From Thermofilum sp. (GTDB taxonomy: Archaea > Thermoproteota > Thermoprotei > Thermofilales > Thermofilaceae): a DNA stretch of 64,000 nucleotides. This document shows, one piece after another, positions 29,519 to 43,545 of this stretch (positions are counted from its first letter, which is position 1; the number at the start of each line of letters is the position of its first letter). Location of the stretch: NCBI GenBank assembly GCA_038741495.1, contig JAVYKX010000001.1, forward strand, positions 54,918-118,917, written 5' to 3'. The position numbers and the translations under genes were made by a program. The notes under the pieces are model-generated. The model was not told where the DNA came from. It saw only the letters and a list, made by a program, of their open reading frames with translations, and searched no databases.

Positions 29519-29573
29519 GGGTCAGACAAACGCCTTCTCGTCACAGCTCAGCATAACTCTGATTCTTCATCCC
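29519..29573 (-). ncRNA. box C/D guide sRNA
   Basis: Minus strand: GGG-ATGAAGA(C)-12 nt-CTGA(D')-GCT-GTGACGA(C')-12 nt-CTGA(D)-CCC; all four boxes, canonical 12-nt guides, terminal stem. Confidence 0.85.
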
Positions 29574-29660
29574 AAAACTTGTACAGACCAGCGGCGTATT
29601 TAGCTTTCCCAGCCAGGCGAGAAGGATCCTATGCGGTTCTACCGCTCACCTTCTCGTGGA

Positions 29661-29778
29661 TGGCGGGCCGGCCGGGATTTGAACCCGGGTCCTACGGGTC
29701 TCCTCCACGCTTCTGGATAAAAGCTTCGACAGGGCTAGAGGAGCCCACCGTCGCTCTTCCGTGCTGAGCTACCGGCCC
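29661..29778 (-). tRNA. tRNA-Lys(TTT), introns at 30/31 (29725-29747, 23 nt) and 37/38 (29700-29717, 18 nt)
   Basis: Removing both introns gives ACGGG-CTTTTAA-CCCGT-AGGAC-CCGGG, G73 and CCA; BHB core CGAC/GTCG for intron 1. Confidence 0.85.
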
Positions 29779-31337
29779 TGCACTTCTGCCTTCTCTAAGA
29801 GAGGTATTTGTGCTTTCCGGTCAAGAGCTACCACGTCGTTTCTGATGAGTGACTGGAGAACCTCAACGAGCTTCTCCACAGGAACTCGCACCTGCTCGCG
29901 AGTGTCCCGAAATCTGACAGTGACGGTGTTCTCAGCGAGCGTTTGCCCGTCCACGGTTACGCAGTAAGGCACTCCGATCTCGTCTGCTTTCGCGTAGCGC
30001 CGCCCTATGCTGCCGTCTTCATCGTAGTAGGTTCGGAGGTGCTCGCGGAGTACACGGTATATCTCCCTAGCCTTGACGTCGAGCCCATCTCTCTTTACGA
30101 GCGGGAAAACCGCCACCTTGAATGGGGCAATGCTCGGCTTCAACCTGAGGTAAATCCTGCCTTTCTCCCTGGTGTAGGACTCGGTCAGCAGCGCGAGGAT
30201 TATGCGCTCAAGCCCGAACGAAGGCTCTATCACGTAAGGGATTACTTTCTCACCATCGTCTACTATGTGGAGGCTCTCGCCGCTGTACTCCTGGTGCCTC
30301 CTTAGGTCGTAGTCTGACCTGTTCGAGATGCCAACTATCTCCTTCCAGCCCATGTACGGGAAGTAGTACTCGATATCGAAAGTCTGGACGGCGTAGTGCG
30401 CGAGCTCGCTTTTCACGTGTTCGCGAACCCGAAGCTTCTTCGGGTCTAGACCGATGCTGTGGAGCCAGCGCAGGCTTTCACCCACCCAGTATGCGTGCCA
30501 GACGGTGCTAATGTACCCGCTCTCCACAGCCTCGCCGAGCTTGATTACCTTAACGCCGCTCTCACCCTTCTCCTGGACCTCAGCCGGGAGAAGCTGAATC
30601 TCTAAGCTCCTGACCTCGTCGAAGTAAGGGCAGGAGTTCAGCTTCTTCGGGTTAACGAAGTACTCTATCTCTAGCTGGTTGAACTCGCGCAGCCTGAAAA
30701 GGAAGTTCCTGGGGGAGATCTCGTTCCTAAAAGCTCTCCCGTACTGGGCGATCCCGAAGGGGAGCGTAGCCCCCATCGCGAAAACGATGTTCTTGAAGTT
30801 GATGAAAATCAGCTGAGCGGTTTCAGGCCTGAGGTAAGCTACGAGGGGCTGCTCGCGGCGCGGCCCTACAGTTGTCGTAAACATCAAGTTGAAGGGCTTA
30901 GGGTCTGATAGCTCGCCGCCACAAGCTGGGCACTTCACACCGTGATCCTTTATCGCCCGGGCGAGACCTGCTGCAGATAGATCACTTACCTTGATTCCTA
31001 GCTCCTCCAGCAACGCGTCAGCCCTGTACTCGCTGCCGCATCGCGTGCAGGTTACTAGGATATCGAGAAAGCTCTCAACGTGCCCACTAGCCTCCCAAGT
31101 TCGAGGGTGCGTGATTATGCTACCATCAAGCCCGTAAACATCGTCTCTAAGCTCGACGAACCACCGCCACCAGCTGTTCAGAACGTTCCGCTTCAGCTCG
31201 ATGCCCAGGGGGCCGTAGTCGTAGAAGCCGCTTAGCCCCCCGTAAATCCTGCCTGACTGGAAGAAGAAGCCCCTGCGGGCGCACAGGTCTACGATCTCGT
31301 CTAGCGTGATCTGCTTCTCGAGCTCTGGCGATGCCAT
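29769..31337 (-). CDS. glyS: glycine--tRNA ligase (alpha2 type)
   Basis: YLRPETAQLIF, FRNEISPR..LFRLREF.Q.EIEYF, VIEPSFGLERI, anticodon-binding domain. Confidence 0.97.
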   Translation of the reverse strand: MASPELEKQITLDEIVDLCARRGFFFQSGRIYGGLSGFYDYGPLGIELKRNVLNSWWRWFVELRDDVYGLDGSIITHPRTWEASGHVESFLDILVTCTRCGSEYRADALLEELGIKVSDLSAAGLARAIKDHGVKCPACGGELSDPKPFNLMFTTTVGPRREQPLVAYLRPETAQLIFINFKNIVFAMGATLPFGIAQYGRAFRNEISPRNFLFRLREFNQLEIEYFVNPKKLNSCPYFDEVRSLEIQLLPAEVQEKGESGVKVIKLGEAVESGYISTVWHAYWVGESLRWLHSIGLDPKKLRVREHVKSELAHYAVQTFDIEYYFPYMGWKEIVGISNRSDYDLRRHQEYSGESLHIVDDGEKVIPYVIEPSFGLERIILALLTESYTREKGRIYLRLKPSIAPFKVAVFPLVKRDGLDVKAREIYRVLREHLRTYYDEDGSIGRRYAKADEIGVPYCVTVDGQTLAENTVTVRFRDTREQVRVPVEKLVEVLQSLIRNDVVALDRKAQIPLLEKAEVQGR

Positions 31338-31439
31338 CCACTTACCACCGGCCAGCTATAGACACCCTGTCTTACACAAGGTTTAAAAAGTATGCTGATG
31401 CTCGCAGATTTTAGACGTGCACCTGACGGGTTTCCTCCT

Positions 31440-31682
31440 ATGCCGCGTAAGGTTGATATTTTAAGGCACAAGCTGGTACCCCAGCATATTCTTCTCAGTC
31501 AAGAGGAAGCCAAGAGAATTCTCCGGAAACTCGGCCTCAAGAAAAGCGAGCTACCGTGGATATACTCCACAGATCCTGTCGCGAGGGCTCTCAAGGCAAA
31601 GCCGGGTGACGTGATCATGATCATCAGAAAAAGTCCTACAGCCGGCGAGGCTGTAGCTTTCAGAGTAGTTGTGAAAGGGTGA
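31440..31682 (+). CDS. rpo5: RNA polymerase subunit Rpo5 (RpoH)
   Basis: HKLVPQH, LPWI..TDPVAR, RKSPTAG. Confidence 0.96.
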   Translation: MPRKVDILRHKLVPQHILLSQEEAKRILRKLGLKKSELPWIYSTDPVARALKAKPGDVIMIIRKSPTAGEAVAFRVVVKG

Positions 31683-31687
31683 GGGAT

Positions 31688-34600
31688 ATGCCGGCGGAGG
31701 CGGTGGCTGGGCTAACAAGAGAAGAACTATGGGAGCTGGTTAAAGCATACGTTAGAGAAGCGGGTGTCGTGAGGCAGCATATTGACTCGTACAACGCTTT
31801 CCTGGAGCGGGGGCTCCAGCAGATCGTAGACGAAGTAGGTGGGATAAAGGTTGAGGCTCACGGAGTCGAGGTTAGGTTTGGAAGGATCGAAGTAGGTAAC
31901 CCGGTTTTCAAGGAAGCTGATGGATCTGAACTGAACCTTACTCCGATGATCGCGAGGCTTAGGAACATAACTTATGCTGCGCCCCTCTACCTCTACGTAT
32001 CGTTCTACGTAGACGGTGAGGAGCGGCGAAGGGAAAGGGTATTCATCGGCATGCTTCCTATAATGGTTAAGAGCAGCAAATGCGTGCTATCTAAGGCGAC
32101 CCCCGAGGAGCAGGTGAAGCTCGGCGAGGATCCCTACGACCCGGGAGGCTACTTCATCATTAACGGATCCGAAAGAGTCGTAGTAATGCAGGAGGATCTG
32201 GCGGTTAATAGAGTTCTCGTTGATTACGGGGGCGAGAGCAGCTCCGTGACTCACACCGCGAAAGTTTTCTCTGTAGCGGCAGGCTACAGAGTCCCCGTAA
32301 GGTTGGAGAGAACTAAAGACGGGCTACTTTACGTATCCTTCCCGGCGTGCCCCACTCGAATCCCTGTTGTCGTGATTATGCGCGCACTAGGCCTGAGAAG
32401 CGACAGGGATATAGTCTCTGCGATCAGCTCGCACCCGAGAGTCCAGCAGGAGTTCCTCCCGGTGCTCATCGAGCAATCGAAGATCGCTCAAACTGAGGAG
32501 GACGCACTAGACTATATAGGTTCCCGTGTCTCGCCCGGACAACCCAGAGACGTGAGGCTGCAGAGGGCTCAGCAGGTTCTCGACGAGAACTTCCTGCCGC
32601 ACATAGGGAGGAGTCCCGCGGCCCGCGTCGCCAAAGCTTTCTTCGTGGGTCAAATGGTGGCCCGTCTCCTCGAGCTTAAGCTGGGCTTAAGAGGCCCAGA
32701 CGACAAGGACCACCTAGCCAATAAGAGGATACGGCACGTTGGCGAGCTTCTCGCGATCGTTTTCCGCCAAGCTTTCCGGCAGCTAGTGAAGGAGATGCAG
32801 TACTCGCTCGAGAGACACATGACGAAGGAGAGGGACATCAGCATAGTCAGCATAGTTAGGCCCGACATCATAACGGACCGGCTAAGGCACGCTTTAGCGA
32901 CTGGAAACTGGCCTGGCGGCCGATCTGGTGTAAGCCAGATACTTGACCGCACGAACTACTTGGCTACATTGTCGCACTTGAGGCGAGTCGTCTCGCCTCT
33001 CTCGAGAACCCAGCCTCACTTCGAGGCTAGGGAGCTTCACGGGACACAGTGGGGCAGGTTATGCCCGGTTGAATCTCCTGAAGGACAGAACTGCGGTCTA
33101 GTCAAGAATCTAGCGCTAATGGCCACCCTCTCGAACGGCTACAGCGAGGAGGAAGTCTACACTCTGCTCGTCACTAGGCTGGGTGTCGTTCCCCTAGAGA
33201 AAGCATCGGGGGCTCTACTGAGGGGCGCGCGAGTATTTCTGAACGGCCGCCTCATAGGGTACGCGGAGAATGGAGCTAAACTGGCCGCAACAATTCGTGA
33301 GCTGAGGAGGCAGGGGAGAATAAGTCACGAGATTAACGTAGCTTACTACGATCTCGGTGAGCTCAAAGAGGTTTACGTTAACTGCGACGCTGGGCGTCTC
33401 CGCCGCCCTCTGATCATTGTGGAGAATGGCGAACCAAAGCTGAAGCGCGCTCACATCGAGCTCCTCAGGAGGGGGGAGTGGGGCTGGCAAGACCTCATCG
33501 ATAACGGTATAATTGAGTACCTGGATGCAGAGGAGGAGGAGAACGCCTACATCGCCGAAGACGTATCCAAGGTGACCCCGGAGCACACCCACGCCGAGAT
33601 AGTGCCCGCCGCGATTCTCGGGATAATCGCCATGACTATACCTTTCATAGAGTACAACCAGTCGCCGAGAAACTCGTACCAGGCGGCGATGGCTAAGCAG
33701 TCCCTCGGCATTCCGACCTTGAATTACCGTCTGCGCATGGATCCGAGAATGCACGTAATGTACTACCCGCAGAAGCCGCTCGTAAAGACGCGGATTTTCG
33801 ACCTTTTACCGCTGGATGACCTGCCCTACGGCACGAACATGGTCGTCGCTGTTCTCACGGGCTCCGGCTACAATATCCAGGACGCGGTGGTGATAAACAA
33901 AGCTTCAGTCGAGCGCGGCATGACGCGCTCAGTCTTCATGAGAACCTACGAAGCTGAGGAGAGGAAGTACCCCGGAGGTATAGAGGATCGCTTCGAGAAA
34001 CCTTCGCCCGAGCAGGAGCCTTTAGATATGAAGCCTCTAGAGGCTTACTCAGCGCTTGACCCGCTCGACGGTATCGCTTATGTAGAGTCAGACCTCAAAG
34101 GAGGGCAGGTGGTCATCGGGAGGACCAGCCCGCCCAGATTCTACACGAGCAGCTTTGAGCCGAGAGTTGGGACCAGGAGAAAGGATACGTCGATAGTGCT
34201 TCGCCACGGAGAGAAGGGCACCGTAGATAGGGTACTCATAATGGAGAGCCCTGAAGGCATCAAGCTAGTTAAGGTTCGTGTACGCGACCTGAGACCGACG
34301 GAAGTTGGAGACAAGTTCGCGTCGAGACACGGGCAGAAGGGGGTCGTCGGGCTGCTAGTCCCGCAGGAAGACATGCCGTTCACTGAGGATGGCATCGTCC
34401 CCGATCTCATAATCAACCCGCACGCCATACCCTCGAGGATGACTGTGGGGCAGCTTCTCGAAGCTTTGGCGGGCAAAGCGGCCGCTCTCTCGGGAAGGAG
34501 GATCGATGCCACGGCATTCGAGCCGACCTCTCTCGACGATATCAGAGAGATCCTCAAGGCTTATGGTTTCCGCAGCGACGGCAAAGAGGTCCTCTACAAC

Positions 34601-35046
34601 GGCATCACGGGCGAGAGGTTGGAGGCAGAGATATTCATCGGCGTCGTGTTCTACGAGAAGCTTCACCACTTAGTGGCTGATAAAATGCACGCAAGGGCCA
34701 GAGGCAGGGTTCAGATACTCACAAGGCAACCTACCGAGGGTAGAGCCAGAGAGGGTGGGCTCAGGTTCGGAGAGATGGAGAAAGACTGCCTCATCGGCCA
34801 CGGGTCAGCCATGCTGCTTAGAGAGCGCCTGGTGACGAGCTCCGACCGCACGACTATATGGGTCTGCGAGAACTGCGGGTACATGGGTTGGCTTGACGCG
34901 AGGAAGAATGCGCCGTTCTGCCCGCTCTGCGGCGATAAGGGCAGGTTAAGCCCGGTAGAAGTTTCGTATGCTTTCAAGCTACTCATTCAGGAGCTCATGG
35001 GTCTCGGGATCTCGGTAAAACTAAGGCTTAAAGATAAGACCTCGAG

Positions 35047-35050
<4 letters not shown>
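31688..35050 (+). CDS. rpo2: RNA polymerase subunit Rpo2 (RpoB, unsplit)
   Basis: GDKFASRHGQKG, RGRVQILTRQPTEGRAREGGLRFGEME, C-terminal zinc finger. Confidence 0.99.
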
Positions 35051-38920
<3,870 letters not shown>

Positions 38921-38921
<1 letters not shown>

Positions 38922-39229
38922 TGTCGGCAGAATTAGCGAGAGAGCTGCAGACTGCTCTGAGAACCGGGAAAGTCGTCTTGGGCTACCGGAGGACTCTTAA
39001 AGAGCTGGTAAACGATAGGGCTAAACTAGTCGTCATTGCGAAGAATGCTCCAAGCCACATCTCAGAGGAGCTGAAGCGCTACGCCTCGATCGCCAAGATC
39101 CCTGTCCTGGTATTCGAGGGGTCCAGCCGCGAGCTCGGGTCAGTGTGCCGCAAGCCGTTCATGGTTTCTGCACTGGCCGTACTGGACCCTGGGGAAAGCA
39201 CTATCCTCCAAATGGCTAAGGGAGAGTAG
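38921..39229 (+). CDS. rpl30e: 50S ribosomal protein L30e
   Basis: TGKVVLG, ELGSVCRKPF, DPGES. Confidence 0.96.
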
Positions 39230-39233
39230 GTTC

Positions 39234-39680
39234 ATGAGGGAAGGGACCTTCAAGCTAACGAACGAGGAGCTGCAGCTAATGAGAGTGTTCGAAGAGATAA
39301 CGAGTGTTGTGCCTCTTGACTGCGTGTACGATCCACAGTTCGACCGTTACATATTTATTGTCGGTAGAGGGCAGGCCGCGGTAGCTGTCGGCAAGAACGG
39401 GTCTAAAGTGCGTCTTCTCAAAGGCGTTCTCAAAAAAGAAGTGGAGATCGTTGAAGGAGGCGAGAACATTGAAGAGCTCGTAAAGTCCGCACTCTTCCCG
39501 GCGAAGATCGCGGGGGTAGTGGTCCATGAGAACGGAGCTCAGAGAGTAGTTATAGCTAAGGTGACTCGGGATTCTTTGGGCTTCGCTATAGGCAGGAACG
39601 GCAGGAACGTGCACAGGGCTCGGATTCTCCTGCGCAGGTACTTCGGGGTCAGCGACATAAGAGTGATGCAGCATCCCTAG
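39234..39680 (+). CDS. nusA: archaeal NusA (KH domains)
   Basis: AVGKNGSKV and AIGRNGRNV KH GxxG loops; canonical operon position. Confidence 0.93.
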   Translation: MREGTFKLTNEELQLMRVFEEITSVVPLDCVYDPQFDRYIFIVGRGQAAVAVGKNGSKVRLLKGVLKKEVEIVEGGENIEELVKSALFPAKIAGVVVHENGAQRVVIAKVTRDSLGFAIGRNGRNVHRARILLRRYFGVSDIRVMQHP

Positions 39681-39746
39681 TCGAGTTACGCGTACAGCAT
39701 AATGTATTTAATGCACGGAGCCTGCACGAGGCTTGCGGTGTATTAG

Positions 39747-40190
39747 ATGCCGGGCAAGAAGTCCCCTCTAGGGCTGTATGCGGCGCGCAAGTTAGTCAAC
39801 AAGAGGAAGAAGTTTAGGTGGAGCGACTTAGAGTACAAGAGGAGAGTCCTCCAGCTGAAAAAGAAGGTTGACCCTCTTGAAGGCGCTCCCATGGCGCGTG
39901 GAATAGTTATAGAGAAAGTGGGGATCGAGAGCAGGCAGCCTAACAGCGCTGTGAGAAAGTGTGTGCGTGTTCAGCTCATAAAGAACGGGAAGGTTGTCAC
40001 CGCCTTCCTGCCAGGAGACGGCGCTCTTCTCTTCGTCAATGAGCACGACGAGGTAGTTATCGAGGGGATCGGTGGGCCAGAGGGGAGAGCCTACGGCGAC
40101 CTGCCAGGTGTCAGGTGGAAGGTTATTAAGGTCAATGGAGTTTCGCTCAAAGAGATTCTGCGCGGTAGGAAGCAGAAGCCCATGAGGTAG
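39747..40190 (+). CDS. rps12: 30S ribosomal protein S12 (uS12)
   Basis: [30 protein letters not shown]. Confidence 0.98.
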   Translation: MPGKKSPLGLYAARKLVNKRKKFRWSDLEYKRRVLQLKKKVDPLEGAPMARGIVIEKVGIESRQPNSAVRKCVRVQLIKNGKVVTAFLPGDGALLFVNEHDEVVIEGIGGPEGRAYGDLPGVRWKVIKVNGVSLKEILRGRKQKPMR

Positions 40191-40195
40191 CTGCA

Positions 40196-41041
40196 ATGCC
40201 CCCCAAGCTCACTATCGTCTCCAAGAAGGATGAGAAACTCGTAGTAGAGCTTGAAGGCGTAACCCCTGCCCTCGCGAACTCGATTAGGAGAGCGCTCATC
40301 GCCGAGGTACCTGTTCTGGCGATCGACGAAGTCATCGTGGCGGAGAATTCCTCGGTTCTCTGGGACGAGATGATAGCCCACAGGCTCTCTCTCATCCCGC
40401 TGAAGATGAGCGAGGAGACTTATGATGCTCTGCTGGACTGCTACCTCAGAGGGGAGGATTGCAGCGTTATCTTCACTCTAGAAGAGAAAGCTTCAGAGAG
40501 AGCGAGGACCGTGCTCAGCGGGCACTTGAGATTCGAGGGTGTTGAGGGTGTCGCTGCGCCCCCGGAGGCTTTCCAGGTAGAGCCTGTCTCGAAGAACATA
40601 CCCGTGGTGAAGCTGGCAAAGGGTCAAGGTATCTCTCTGACCGCTATAGCCAGGATGGGTGTCGGGCGGGAGCACGCGAAGTGGCAGCCGGTAGCGGCTG
40701 TCGGCTACAAGCACAAGCCTGTGATCAGGGTTCTCCGCAACCCCGACGAGGCCACTGCTACTAAGATTCTCGAGGTATGCCCCAGAAAGGTCTTCGGCTA
40801 CCTGGATGGCAATCTGGTTGTTGCTCAGCCCACATCCTGCAACTTGTGCGGTGAGTGCGCTGAGAAGTTCCCGGAGTACGTGGAGGTTAGCGGTGACCCG
40901 ACATCTATCAGGCTGAGCATCGAAGGGCTGGGCACTATACCTGTGGAGAAGATCCTCCACGTTGCCTTAGAAATGCTGGACAGGAAGTTGGCGCGGCTGG
41001 TCGACAGCATAAGGGAGGCTGCTCAGCAGAGCTCCGGTTAG
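40196..41041 (+). CDS. rpo3: RNA polymerase subunit Rpo3 (RpoD) with Fe-S domain
   Basis: ANSIRRALI, AHRLSLIP, HAKWQP, CPRKVF..CNLCGEC. Confidence 0.96.
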   Translation: MPPKLTIVSKKDEKLVVELEGVTPALANSIRRALIAEVPVLAIDEVIVAENSSVLWDEMIAHRLSLIPLKMSEETYDALLDCYLRGEDCSVIFTLEEKASERARTVLSGHLRFEGVEGVAAPPEAFQVEPVSKNIPVVKLAKGQGISLTAIARMGVGREHAKWQPVAAVGYKHKPVIRVLRNPDEATATKILEVCPRKVFGYLDGNLVVAQPTSCNLCGECAEKFPEYVEVSGDPTSIRLSIEGLGTIPVEKILHVALEMLDRKLARLVDSIREAAQQSSG

Positions 41042-41087
41042 CCGGGGAAACTTTTTAAGCTCTTTGAACTTGGGAGGTAGGTCGCTC

Positions 41088-41447
41088 ATGAAGAGGACGG
41101 GTCCCACAAACATACACTTGCGCCTGCTAATTAAAAAGCTGAAGCAAGCCAGTCGCGCGCATAAAGCTCCCGTTTGGCGTGCAGTGGCTTACCACCTCAG
41201 CAAGCCGAGACGCGAGAGGGTTGAAGTCAACCTTAGCCGGATAAACAGGTACGCTGAGGACGGCGACATGGTAGTAGTCCCGGGTAAGGTTCTCGGCAGT
41301 GGGGAGCTGACTAAGAAGGTTACGGTTGCCGCGTGGAAGTTCAGCAGAACCGCTATGGTTAAATTGAGGAGCACCGGGGAGGCAATCACTATAGAAGAGT
41401 TGCTGCAGCGCAACCCTGAGGGGAAGGGGGTGAAGATAATCACCTAG
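41088..41447 (+). CDS. rpl18e: 50S ribosomal protein L18e
   Basis: VNLSRINRY, VVPGKVLGSG. Confidence 0.96.
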   Translation: MKRTGPTNIHLRLLIKKLKQASRAHKAPVWRAVAYHLSKPRRERVEVNLSRINRYAEDGDMVVVPGKVLGSGELTKKVTVAAWKFSRTAMVKLRSTGEAITIEELLQRNPEGKGVKIIT

Positions 41448-41915
41448 GTGGCGCGTATGCAGGAGAACTTGCTCGTAATCGACGGCGAAGGACACGTTGC
41501 TGGAAGGCTCGCTAGCATCGTGGCTAAGAGGCTTCTCCGAGGAGAGAGCATAGTCGTCGTTAACGCCGAGAAGCTGGTGATAACGGGTAAGCGGGAGAGA
41601 GTTTTTGAGCAGCACTACAAAAGGTGGGCAGAGTGGAGGACCTACTACAACCCTGAGAAGAGGGGCCCGAAGTACCCGAGGATGCCCGACCGGCTGTTTA
41701 AGAGGATGGTAAGGGGTATGCTCCCCGACAAGCCGAAGGGGAGAGAAGCGTTGAGAAGGCTTAAAGTGTACATCGGCGTGCCCAGCGAGTTTTCCTCCCG
41801 CGAGAAAGCGAAGATCCCCGAAGCGCTCTTCAATAACCCCTTCATACCCTACGTGACGCTTGGTGAGCTCTGCAGAATGCTCTCTCAAAGGAGCTTTGAG
41901 GGTGGTGTAGGATGA
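41448..41915 (+). CDS. rpl13: 50S ribosomal protein L13 (uL13)
   Basis: GRLASIVAK, VVNAEK, KRMVRGMLP. Confidence 0.96.
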   Translation: MARMQENLLVIDGEGHVAGRLASIVAKRLLRGESIVVVNAEKLVITGKRERVFEQHYKRWAEWRTYYNPEKRGPKYPRMPDRLFKRMVRGMLPDKPKGREALRRLKVYIGVPSEFSSREKAKIPEALFNNPFIPYVTLGELCRMLSQRSFEGGVG

Positions 41916-42316
41916 GCGTGAAGATAGTGTTGGCTTCGGCTAGGAGGAAGACAGCTAGGGCTAGGGCTATCGTCCGCGAAGGGCGCGGCAGAGTCTTGGT
42001 GAACGGTGTGCCTCTGGAGGTTCTCGAACCCGAGCTTGTAAGGCTAAAGATCATGGAGCCGATCGTCCTGGCGGGCAAGCTCGCAAGCCAAGTCGATATA
42101 TACGTTGAAACCTCGGGGGGAGGCGTGATGGGGCAAGCCTCAGCAGCTAGAACTGCAGTAGCTCGCGCGCTCGTCGAGTGGACTGGCAGCGAGGAGCTCA
42201 AGAAGCTGTACCTAGACTACGACAGAAACCTTCTCGTTGAAGACCCCCGGCAGGCGGAGCCCAAGAAGCCCAGAGGCAGATCGGCTAGAGCTAAGCGCCA
42301 GAAGAGCTACCGCTAG
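41912..42316 (+). CDS. rps9: 30S ribosomal protein S9 (uS9)
   Basis: [26 protein letters not shown]. Confidence 0.97.
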   Translation: MSVKIVLASARRKTARARAIVREGRGRVLVNGVPLEVLEPELVRLKIMEPIVLAGKLASQVDIYVETSGGGVMGQASAARTAVARALVEWTGSEELKKLYLDYDRNLLVEDPRQAEPKKPRGRSARAKRQKSYR

Positions 42317-42534
42317 CCTTTGAAGTACTCTTCTACTCCGCTGTACACCAGGATCTTGTCGATCACTTCCACGTGAGAGAGGAACATCCTCCGGCAGCAG
42401 TACCTCGTCACCCCCATCTCATCTAAGACTTTGCCGGCGTCCTCGCCTTTCTGGACCCTCTGGGCGAACTCGTACCACTTATCGGCTATCAGGGCTCCGC
42501 AAGTGAAGCAGCGTATCGGGATTATCATCCCCAC
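42313..42534 (-). CDS. rpo10: RNA polymerase subunit Rpo10 (RpoN)
   Basis: [17 protein letters not shown]. Confidence 0.97.
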   Translation of the reverse strand: MGMIIPIRCFTCGALIADKWYEFAQRVQKGEDAGKVLDEMGVTRYCCRRMFLSHVEVIDKILVYSGVEEYFKG

Positions 42535-42595
42535 CAGCCCTCTTCGCCACAGCCGTCTGTAAATAACTTTATGCTCTAGGGTCGACTTCCCGAAT

Positions 42596-43318
42596 GTGGT
42601 AACAGTGTCTAGGATAAATGCGAGAGATGCCTACAAGTTCGTTCTCTCGTCGCAGAGGCCGGTGGCTCTGCTCTTGCCTGATGCCGTGGCTCCGGATTTC
42701 GAGAAGCAGATTAGAGCTGTCGCGCTTTCAGAGGGTGCTTTCTTCTATAGTGTGAGCTGCTCTGATGACGGTCACAGCGGTAAGCTGCATGTTACTGATT
42801 CACTGCTTAAGGAGATCTTAGAGGAAGAGGTGGGAGCCCTTTCCGCTCTTCTCTTGAAGTCGGCCGCCTCACCACAGGTGGCGAGGAACCGGGCCTTCCT
42901 CCTCCTCGCAGAGGATGGAGTGCGCTCTCTCAGCCAGCTGAAGGGAATATTCTACCTGCTGGAACTCCTCGAAGAGCATGAAAAATCGAGCGAGTGCGAG
43001 CCCTCAGAGAATCTCTTCGTGAGAGGGTGCAAACCGCTGAAACTCATGTACGCGGTCAAACTTCTAGCCGGGGCTTGCAGGAAGAGGGAACACCCCACTC
43101 TGATCTTCGTCAATGCTAGAGAGAGTGCGAGGCAGCTAGCCGCCGTCAAGCTCCCGAAAGAGGCAAGGCTCCTCTTGCTCTGGCCGCTGTCCAGCGTCCC
43201 GCGGCCCTGCGAGCTGGATGTTATCGCGCCGAGAAGCGTTTTGCGGGAAGCTTGGCCCGCGAGCCGCGGAGTCCCCCTGGTGAAGGTGGGAGCCGACTAC
43301 GCCGCTGCGCGCTGCTGA
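42596..43318 (+). CDS. hypothetical protein
   Basis: 240-aa ORF filling the gap; no confident family (see findings). Confidence 0.65.
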   Translation: MVTVSRINARDAYKFVLSSQRPVALLLPDAVAPDFEKQIRAVALSEGAFFYSVSCSDDGHSGKLHVTDSLLKEILEEEVGALSALLLKSAASPQVARNRAFLLLAEDGVRSLSQLKGIFYLLELLEEHEKSSECEPSENLFVRGCKPLKLMYAVKLLAGACRKREHPTLIFVNARESARQLAAVKLPKEARLLLLWPLSSVPRPCELDVIAPRSVLREAWPASRGVPLVKVGADYAAARC

Positions 43319-43331
43319 GAACCATGCCGGT

Positions 43332-43449
43332 TGGTGGGCCCGCCGGGATTCGAACCCGGGATTTGGCGGGCTCAGCGAACTGCCCTCCACCACCGTGTCA
43401 GGGTGGCTTCAGGAGGCTTATCTTATCCTAGCCACTAGACGACGGGCCC
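43332..43449 (-). tRNA. tRNA-Val(GAC), introns at 25/26 (43408-43424, 17 nt) and 46/47 (43362-43386, 25 nt)
   Basis: The spliced product matches the Val(TAC) body in this window (AGGAT-G-CCACC-CTGACAC-GGTGG-TGGTC-CCGGG); BHB cores TAGG/CCTG and TGGT/GCCA. Confidence 0.9.
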
Positions 43450-43545
43450 CGCTGCCTCACTGCCACCTCTCAACTTTAAACCTTTTGTTCCGAACTCCGG
43501 GAGCCATAGGTTTAAAAGGGGGGCTTCGCGAGGAGAAGGGGTACT

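Noticed and set aside
29700-29747. tRNA-Trp(CCA) reading of the gene at 29661-29778
   Set aside because: The TCCAGA lies inside the second intron. Only the Lys(TTT) parse gives a full anticodon stem, a 7-nt loop and BHB motifs.
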